DNA from: an uncultured Rhabdochlamydiaceae bacterium
GTDB lineage: Bacteria > Chlamydiota > Chlamydiia > Chlamydiales > Rhabdochlamydiaceae
Direction: 5' to 3'
Assembly (NCBI GenBank): GCA_963712275.1
Contig: CAVQHD010000001.1
Span: forward strand, 160,001 to 224,000
DNA length: 64,000 bases
The translations under genes were made by a program, and so were the position numbers. Under the pieces are notes generated by a model. That model worked only from the letters and a program-made list of their open reading frames with translations. It was not told where the DNA came from and searched no databases. Positions 57,423 to 64,000 of the stretch are shown here, one piece after another. Position 1 is the stretch's first letter, and each line of letters opens with the position of its first letter.

Positions 57423-58997
57423 GAGGGAATTGCAAAACTAACGAAAGGGAAGACTTTTTCGGGTCCGTTTTAGCAAAACCTACAGCAACTCCGAAAAAGT
57501 CTTCCCTTTCGTCATTTCTGTAATAGCGTTGCGATTTTCAACCACAAGTCACTTTTAACAAACACCTTGCGTCTGATATAATTAGCTTTCTGACAAACAA
57601 TCACATCAGAGCAAGGAGCAAACCACGTGGGTCAGCTGACAGACACTTTATCAAAATATTGGGAAAAAATTCAAGGCTCTCTTTTCGCTTGGTTAGAAGA
57701 AGAGCTCGATCCACTGACAGAAAAGCAGCAACAATTGGTTTCTATTTTGGAAGTGGTACGCATCGAAGACTTTCTTCCTTGCTATTACGGATGTGAGGGC
57801 CGCCCACAAAAAACACGTTCAGCAATTGCCAGATCATTCGTTGTTAAAATGGTATACAATCTCGATACGACAACATTTTTGATTGATCGCTTGAAAAGCG
57901 ATAAAAACCTACGACGTATTTGTGGGTGGGAATCTCTGTCTGAACTGCCTAGTGAGGCTACTTTTTCTAGAGCCTTCACTGAGTTTGCTAAAACAGGGCT
58001 TCCTCAGCGCGCACATGAGGCGCTGATTGTAAAGACATTGAAAAACGAAGTCGTTTTGCATAATTCACGCGATTCAACCGCAATCGAGGCTCGAGAACGG
58101 CCGCAAACCAAAACTAAGAACAAGGCAACGCAAAACAGTGAAGATCCGGATCAGGAATTGGAGCCAAAGAAAAAAGGTCGCCCTAAAAAAGGCCAAAAAC
58201 GAGCCAAACCCGAACCTACGCGCATAGACAGACAAAAAACGATGACGCTAGAAGAAATGCTGGCTGATTTACCGACAGCATGCGACAAAGGTGCTAAAAA
58301 AGACAGCAAAGGTAATACAATGTACTGGACTGGCTACAAGTTACATTTAGATACCATTGACGGAGGCATCCCTGTCAGCGCTATTGTTACTTCAGCTTCA
58401 GTTCATGACAGTCAGGTTGCAATTCCTCTGGCCACTTTAACTGCCACGAGAATCATCAACTGCTATGACCTCATGGATGCCGCTTACGACATCCCAGGTA
58501 TTATCGCACATAGCCAATCTCTCGGACACAAGCCCCTAATCGATAAGAATCCAAGAGCAGACAAACAGCTCAAAAAAGACCTTGAAGCGGAAAGTCTTGC
58601 AAGAAGAACTCTGAATTTAATTTTCCCAGAAACACTGCGTTATAATGAAAGGACAGCTGCGGAACGAACCAATTCTCGTCTGAAAGACGAATTTGGTGCT
58701 TGCAAACTCAGGGTGCGCGGACTTAGTAAGGTTGCGTGCCATCTTATGTTTGGCGTGTTGGTATTGACAGCCGACCAATTGATGAAATTGGTCACGTAAT
58801 CTTGCTGTAGGGTGAAAAAGTCTTCTGGCCAATGATCAAATGGGCTCCCGCTTGTTCTCACAGTGAAGATTTTTTGGATAAAACATCTAAAATTACGAGA
58901 CTGGAATCGAAAAAGTGATTTTTCGGGGCCTGCCAACCGGTTTGCATTCACTATCCCCGAAAAATCACTTTTTCGTTTCTAGTTTTGCAATTCCCTC
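57423..58997 (+). mobile_element. Intact IS5/IS1182-like insertion sequence (1575 bp)
   Basis: Perfect 18-bp TIR GAGGGAATTGCAAAACTA (57423-57440, 58980-58997); GAAA duplicated at 57419-57422 and 58998-59001. Confidence 0.93.
57627..58799 (+). CDS. DDE transposase
   Basis: GRP, PSEATFSR, DST, GYKLH, HDSQ, DAAYD, R..AER.NSRLK. Confidence 0.92.
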   Translation: MGQLTDTLSKYWEKIQGSLFAWLEEELDPLTEKQQQLVSILEVVRIEDFLPCYYGCEGRPQKTRSAIARSFVVKMVYNLDTTTFLIDRLKSDKNLRRICGWESLSELPSEATFSRAFTEFAKTGLPQRAHEALIVKTLKNEVVLHNSRDSTAIEARERPQTKTKNKATQNSEDPDQELEPKKKGRPKKGQKRAKPEPTRIDRQKTMTLEEMLADLPTACDKGAKKDSKGNTMYWTGYKLHLDTIDGGIPVSAIVTSASVHDSQVAIPLATLTATRIINCYDLMDAAYDIPGIIAHSQSLGHKPLIDKNPRADKQLKKDLEAESLARRTLNLIFPETLRYNERTAAERTNSRLKDEFGACKLRVRGLSKVACHLMFGVLVLTADQLMKLVT

Positions 58998-59037
58998 GAA
59001 ATAATTAAACTGTTCCAATGTAAAGAAATTTTTTTAA

Positions 59038-59736
59038 TTAGATGCGATTTCGAATTGTCTCTTTTCCCCACGACCCCGACCAGTGGAGAACGACCGCTTC
59101 AGGATTGATCCCTTTCTTGACGATCCAGTTATATTTCCCTGGAAGCTGTGTTATATCAACCCTCTCTGTTTGAATAAGATAAGTCAAAGCCTCCTGGTCG
59201 CCTAAGAACAGGTCGTTTTTTCTTTGGCAGAAAGAGGCCCAATCCGCCAAAAGGGGGGAGTTTGCATGGTAGAGGATTACCCCAGAGTTATACCCTACCT
59301 CTTCAAAAGACCCCCTATTATCCTGAGCAAGGGCTATCTGAGAGCACCTAGACAATTTGTGAAACAGCGGTGTGAGAGAACCCAGCACCTCACAGTCTAA
59401 ATCAAGCCAAATCGTTTCTTTGAAAGGGGTTTGCAAAAGAGCAAACGGCTTATAAAACCACTGGGTACGTCCACTCCATACATGAGAGCCGTACCGCTCT
59501 TCCCATTGCTCGGAGAGCTCTGAAGAAATCAGAGCCTTTGGAAAGACAAACCCGTGTGGCGCTCGAAGAGAAATAAGAGCACCGTGTAAGCGGCACCACT
59601 TTTTTGCTTGAGAGGACATGCCGAAATCGATAAAGGCGATCGGAAGATCAGGATGATGAGGTTTATAGTGAGACCACCACCATGGAAGCAACCATTCTTG
59701 CTTCTGGTCACATCCTACAATCACTCCTCGACTCAC
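59038..59736 (-). CDS. GT-A-fold glycosyltransferase-like protein
   Basis: KP..L, WLDLD (DxD), YNSGV, GDQEAL, KYNW, LHW. Confidence 0.8.
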   Translation of the reverse strand: MSRGVIVGCDQKQEWLLPWWWSHYKPHHPDLPIAFIDFGMSSQAKKWCRLHGALISLRAPHGFVFPKALISSELSEQWEERYGSHVWSGRTQWFYKPFALLQTPFKETIWLDLDCEVLGSLTPLFHKLSRCSQIALAQDNRGSFEEVGYNSGVILYHANSPLLADWASFCQRKNDLFLGDQEALTYLIQTERVDITQLPGKYNWIVKKGINPEAVVLHWSGSWGKETIRNRI

Positions 59737-60554
59737 AACGCCTCTTTTCCTATTGTGCTAATCATCTCTTTCAGCTCACTTGGCGCTTCTTGAGCAGCAA
59801 GCTGGGCATAGGAGCGAGCCTTCTTAAGGTCATTTTTATCTCTATAGAATTCCGCAAGAACCAAACAGCATCTCCATCCATAATCGGTCCCCTGAGTCTT
59901 AAAACCGCGTAAGAATTTGACAAGCGGTAGAGCAATTTTAGCAACATGAGTCATCTTTTCGCGGCGAGCTTGAAAAGAGAGGAGCGCAAGCTCCCATTCC
60001 GCTGCTAAATCGTGGGGTTTGCGAGCTCGAATCTCCTGCTTCACTTTTTGAGCTTTGCGAGGATGGTTTTTGATCAATTGGGCATAGTGTTCGATGAGAA
60101 AATCGACCCCTGTATCTTGAGCAAGACCCGCTTGAAGCAGCTTTTCCATGCAGCTTGTCATCTGAAACACCTGCGATTTCCGGTAGAGATGAAGAAGCTC
60201 TTCAGCATTTAAATCCGTAAGTGAGCGACATACGGAATGAATCACGAGCATCTCTTTAATCAGATCGACGTACTTTTCAGGAGAAATTAAAAGGTACCCT
60301 AGGGAGCCGATCTCTTCTCCCTCCGATGTCACGAGCGTGAGCACAGGCACAGTTGTGTCTCCTTCCAGCGGCTTCATCTCTTCTCTCTTGATTCCTTCAC
60401 TCTCTAGAAGAGATTGAAAGGAAGAGGCATTCCATATTCCCTTCTTAAGCTCTTCAGACCAAAGACACTCCGCCGGTCCAAACTTAGCGACAACAGTAGG
60501 ATTTCCCTGAAGCACACCTAGAAGAATCGTCATGCAAAAGATAAGCACTCTCAT
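59733..60554 (-). CDS. Secreted hypothetical protein
   Basis: Signal peptide; helical C-terminus; overlaps the downstream gene by 4 nt. Confidence 0.7.
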   Translation of the reverse strand: MRVLIFCMTILLGVLQGNPTVVAKFGPAECLWSEELKKGIWNASSFQSLLESEGIKREEMKPLEGDTTVPVLTLVTSEGEEIGSLGYLLISPEKYVDLIKEMLVIHSVCRSLTDLNAEELLHLYRKSQVFQMTSCMEKLLQAGLAQDTGVDFLIEHYAQLIKNHPRKAQKVKQEIRARKPHDLAAEWELALLSFQARREKMTHVAKIALPLVKFLRGFKTQGTDYGWRCCLVLAEFYRDKNDLKKARSYAQLAAQEAPSELKEMISTIGKEAL

Positions 60555-60599
60555 GTATACTTGCCCCCTAAGACAGCTTCTAAGAGATCTCTATAAAAA

Positions 60600-61052
60600 A
60601 TGTTTTACTTTCCTCCAACACTTATTTTACGCCATCGACGGGAAAACCTTAAAAAATGCTCCTTAAGGGGGCTAGAACACCGATCCGATCTGATTTTTTT
60701 GACCTACCCTTTCGCCAAGCTGCCTGACCTAACCAACTATTGTGTATTAACCCTCGATGCCCCGCCGCTGACAGGTGAAGATGCTCCCCGAGGGCTTTTT
60801 CTGATCGATGGAACGTGGCGGCATGCAAAAACCATGGCTAAAACCCTTCCTTCTTCGGGGAAACACATTCTTCGAAGCTTACCACCCCATTACCAAACAG
60901 CCTACCCCCGTCGGCAGCCTGACTGCCCTGACCCCTCAAGGGGGCTTGCTTCAATTGAAGCTCTTTATGCCGCCTACACCATCTTAGGCCGCTCCGCCAA
61001 GGGACTCCTAGATGGGTATTACTGGAAAGAGCAGTTTTTGTTGTTAAATTAA
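60600..61052 (+). CDS. DTW/Tsr3-like aminocarboxypropyltransferase-family protein
   Basis: H..E..KKCS, IDGTW..A, RSLP, LASIEAL. Confidence 0.75.
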   Translation: MFYFPPTLILRHRRENLKKCSLRGLEHRSDLIFLTYPFAKLPDLTNYCVLTLDAPPLTGEDAPRGLFLIDGTWRHAKTMAKTLPSSGKHILRSLPPHYQTAYPRRQPDCPDPSRGLASIEALYAAYTILGRSAKGLLDGYYWKEQFLLLN

Positions 61053-61142
61053 AATTTAAGTTTTTATATTAATTTTTTATTTAATTGCTAATTAACATTT
61101 AATATGTTTATAATAATTGCAAAATTAACAAAACAGGAGTTT

Positions 61143-62417
61143 ATGACAATTTTTAACAAAATTTCAGAAGGACTTAGTTTCAGTTATTTTCAACACAAAC
61201 TAAGTTTAATAAATCCCTTTAATGATGGGATGAAAAAGAACGGACTTCAACTCGCGGAGACTCTTCTTCCTTTAGCTTCTCTCCACCCCCAAGCAGCAAA
61301 ACCTATTTCCCTCGCTTTATCAGGTTGGAACATAGCCACGGCTTTTTATCAAAAAAATTCTTATTGGAACTGCGTGAGAAGCATCGTCGAGTTTGCCGCA
61401 ACATGTTTTCAAATGCCTGCCGCTCTTTTCCTTCATACCTCTTTAAACATTTTAGAAAATGTCTACGAGCTTAAAAAAGACCGTTTAGGCAACCTCTTTA
61501 AGGTTGTTGGCAACTCCCTCTATCTTTCAACATTGATTAAATCTACGAACAAAAATTACCGCCATTTAGTCGCTATTTCTCTGATATTCCAAGGAATTAG
61601 TCAGCTCGTTCAGGCCTATCAAAAAGCCTATAATTCAAAAACAGCCAAACTATCTAACATAGACAGACTAGACCTGTTTATCAAAACCATGATGGGTTGT
61701 ATCCGCCTTTACCAAGCAGAAAAGACGCAAGAAGTTTCAAAGAAAAACTTTGTTATGATGCGCGTTGCTGCCCATGATAAAAATGATGACTTAACTCCTA
61801 AAGGATCTGAACAAGCCTTTCAAACCGCCGCGGATATAGAGGAGCTGGCTGTCAAAGCTGGAGCAGAGGACATTCGCATCGTTCATTCGGGCAGAAAGTG
61901 CGCTAAGCAAACGGCTGAATGCATTGCAAAGTGTGAACTTGTAAATAGGTACCTGGCTATTTCTGAAGATGAGATCTTTGAAGATCCTCGTCTTGCTGAT
62001 CCTAAGAATAACCCGCTCCTTAAAACACTGAAACGAGAAAATCCTGAAGCACGTAAACAATTCAGCAAGCTTCCTGCTAACGAGAAATTTGATGCAAAGC
62101 CTGTTGAAGGTTACGAGACAGAGCGAGAAGTTTTCACCCGCATGAATGCCGCTGTTCGAGAGAACCTTGACCAAACAGATGAGACAACTTTCACTGTTTT
62201 TATTACACATCAAGCTAGCTTGCTAAGTTGGCTGCGTGGATTAGTGCTGACCAATGAAAGCACAGAAGCGCAAATCTCCGCTGAAGCGAGACATCACCAC
62301 GCTGCCACTTGTGAACTCTACCCGATGGAACAAAACGATGGAACCATCTCTCAGACAGAAGCATCATTCCGTCCGGAATTTATAGGGGAAGCTGCTAAAG
62401 ATCCAAAAGATCCTTAA
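61143..62417 (+). CDS. Membrane-module protein with degenerate histidine-phosphatase-like C-terminal domain
   Basis: LTPKG.EQA, S...AKQTA, ET...V..R, ITH; the RHG motif is replaced by RVA; likely start ATG 61143 after CAGGAG. Confidence 0.65.
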   Translation: MTIFNKISEGLSFSYFQHKLSLINPFNDGMKKNGLQLAETLLPLASLHPQAAKPISLALSGWNIATAFYQKNSYWNCVRSIVEFAATCFQMPAALFLHTSLNILENVYELKKDRLGNLFKVVGNSLYLSTLIKSTNKNYRHLVAISLIFQGISQLVQAYQKAYNSKTAKLSNIDRLDLFIKTMMGCIRLYQAEKTQEVSKKNFVMMRVAAHDKNDDLTPKGSEQAFQTAADIEELAVKAGAEDIRIVHSGRKCAKQTAECIAKCELVNRYLAISEDEIFEDPRLADPKNNPLLKTLKRENPEARKQFSKLPANEKFDAKPVEGYETEREVFTRMNAAVRENLDQTDETTFTVFITHQASLLSWLRGLVLTNESTEAQISAEARHHHAATCELYPMEQNDGTISQTEASFRPEFIGEAAKDPKDP

Positions 62418-63325
62418 TTTACCTGGCGTTTGAAATCATCCATCACAGCCTGTAGATACCACTTACTGGTTTTTTCAGGCTGTTCTTGAGCAATCTGGGT
62501 AGCTTGATCGTCAGAGAGTACGGTAGTGCCTTTGGATATCCAAAGGTGGTAAAGCTGAATGTCTGCAATCAGAGGGTCAAACCGTTTTGTTTTTTCCTCT
62601 GTAGCAGAGTACAGGTAACTTTCAATCTCCATCTCATCTTCTTTTAAAGCTGCGACTGATTTGACATGCGTGAGTTTATCATCTATGAAAATCGCCTTGG
62701 GGAATTTTATTGGTAGATTTTTGGACATCTTGCGTAGATAGTCTCCCTTGAAATCTTCGTCACAATAAAAGACACCATTAAAATATTCGGACTCTTGAAT
62801 CAGATAAGAATGGATCGCACTTGGCGGCTGTTTTGTTAAATCAATGCCAACGGAGATGAGTTGGCCGTGGGTGAGCTCATCAACCCCCTCTTTGGGAGTG
62901 GCATACCATCGTTTTCGCTCTCTTGAAGTCAGGCCATACACATTATAATTTTGTAATAGCTCCTCTACAAATGCCTTCGTTTCTGGTTCGACTGTTATAC
63001 AAGGATGGTGCTGAGTGACGAAAAGAGAGAAAACATCATGCCAATTTTGGCTGGGATCATGCTTTGTCGCTTGCGTGATGTACCTTCTCCAAGCGCTAGA
63101 TCCCAACATGTAAGGGAAATCAATGAGGGTATCATCAATGTCAAAAAAGTAGATTGTGCCTGGAGGTTGGTTTTTGGAAACTTGAGCAAGAGATTCGATT
63201 TTTTGAATCGCTGGAGCAGCAGCTATAGTCGATGGTAAAGAAACAGAGGAAGACCCGCTTAACGGAGTTATAAGAGCGATCATAACACCTATAGTTTTTG
63301 CAATTTTTTTGAAAAATGAATTCAC
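62414..63325 (-). CDS. HAD-like secreted protein (DUF2608-like)
   Basis: Signal peptide; FDIDDTL, GLTSR, KG, IFIDD motifs. Confidence 0.8.
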   Translation of the reverse strand: MNSFFKKIAKTIGVMIALITPLSGSSSVSLPSTIAAAPAIQKIESLAQVSKNQPPGTIYFFDIDDTLIDFPYMLGSSAWRRYITQATKHDPSQNWHDVFSLFVTQHHPCITVEPETKAFVEELLQNYNVYGLTSRERKRWYATPKEGVDELTHGQLISVGIDLTKQPPSAIHSYLIQESEYFNGVFYCDEDFKGDYLRKMSKNLPIKFPKAIFIDDKLTHVKSVAALKEDEMEIESYLYSATEEKTKRFDPLIADIQLYHLWISKGTTVLSDDQATQIAQEQPEKTSKWYLQAVMDDFKRQVN

Positions 63326-63437
63326 TTTCTCCTCATATACGGAAGACAGCTTACATTAAAAAAGCTTTAAATCCAAGTATGCGTCGAAATTAAATATTGC
63401 TATGTTGAAGTTTATCACGAAATGTGGATAATTGATC

Positions 63438-64000
63438 TTAATGACTGGGGGTTGTCCTAGTCGGCGTTAGAGCCTCGGAGAAATCTGGGGCTTTTCGTTT
63501 TTCTGATAAAACGTTTAACTCTTGACTTGGAAAGACTTCCAGCCCTGTTCCAAGATAGTTTGGATATTTATAAAATTTTTTCACAATAACATCGAAAGCG
63601 CGATTCTTATTCCCTTGGCTGACTACGTGACGTCCAATTGGATGCGTGACTAAGTCGGCAATTTGAAGACCAATACTATTTGCCCTTTTGTCGACGAAAA
63701 TGATTTTGAGTGGAAAAGCATTTTGCCTCTCTATATTTTTCTCTACGATCCTGCGGAATGAAATATTCAGCTCATTATCAAAATTATGTCCTCGTGATTC
63801 AATGATAATATGCGTGATCTTTCCGGGCTGATTTTTTTCCTCCAAAAATCGGTATACAGTCTCCAAGCAATATTCCAAACTCAATTCATATGCATTAATG
63901 GAGGTGGGACCTGTTTCTTTAAGCAGTTTTTTGTTGATAGCAGTCGATATAACAGTAAATGGAGATCGCCGAATTGCCTCGCTTAACTCGTATAAGAAAA
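63438..64000 (-). CDS. DUF3800-family protein (5' end beyond the window)
   Basis: IIESRG...D, K..NSIGLQIADLV..PIGR; frame stays open from 63884 to the window edge. Confidence 0.8.
   Translation of the reverse strand, partial: FLYELSEAIRRSPFTVISTAINKKLLKETGPTSINAYELSLEYCLETVYRFLEEKNQPGKITHIIIESRGHNFDNELNISFRRIVEKNIERQNAFPLKIIFVDKRANSIGLQIADLVTHPIGRHVVSQGNKNRAFDVIVKKFYKYPNYLGTGLEVFPSQELNVLSEKRKAPDFSEALTPTRTTPSH
63440..63502 (+). ncRNA. Candidate ~60-nt structured RNA antisense to the 3' end of the DUF3800 gene
   Basis: Hairpins GACTGGG/CCTAGTC and AGCCTCGGA-GAAA-TCTGGGGCT plus T-run; G-U pairs favour the + strand; TTGAAG-N16-GATAAT upstream. Confidence 0.55.

Noticed and set aside
1..64000. 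DGR reverse transcriptase, Avd or template repeat; retron
   Set aside because: No ORF with RT motifs and no non-coding AAC-rich copy of the variable region was seen in this window, so a complete DGR is not claimed.

Overview
Chromosomal window from an environmental chlamydia (phylum Chlamydiota), inferred from chlamydia-type synteny (mcsA-mcsB; ogt-MORN-pheT-LysM-yidD-RMD1; sigma54 activator; znuACB-rplU-rpmA-obg; rpsN-rpmJ/rpmH-rnpA). Housekeeping genes are interspersed with probable effector genes, two tRNA-Leu genes, an intact IS5/IS1182-like element, two decayed IS607/TnpB elements, a miniature IS200/IS605 relic and a family of about 165-bp palindromic MITEs. The main signal is an effector island (about 39.5-54.4 kb). 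Three genes there (two PARP-like ADP-ribosyltransferases, one U-box/TPR protein), plus a deleted fourth copy at 3.85-4.98 kb, end in the same C-terminal domain. In the three island genes a 57-nt patch of that domain varies only at codon positions 1-2 of NNC/NNT codons, the footprint expected from adenine-directed mutagenesis by a diversity-generating retroelement (DGR). No reverse transcriptase or template repeat is visible in this window, so the DGR link is an inference. All family assignments come from motif recognition by eye, not database searches.
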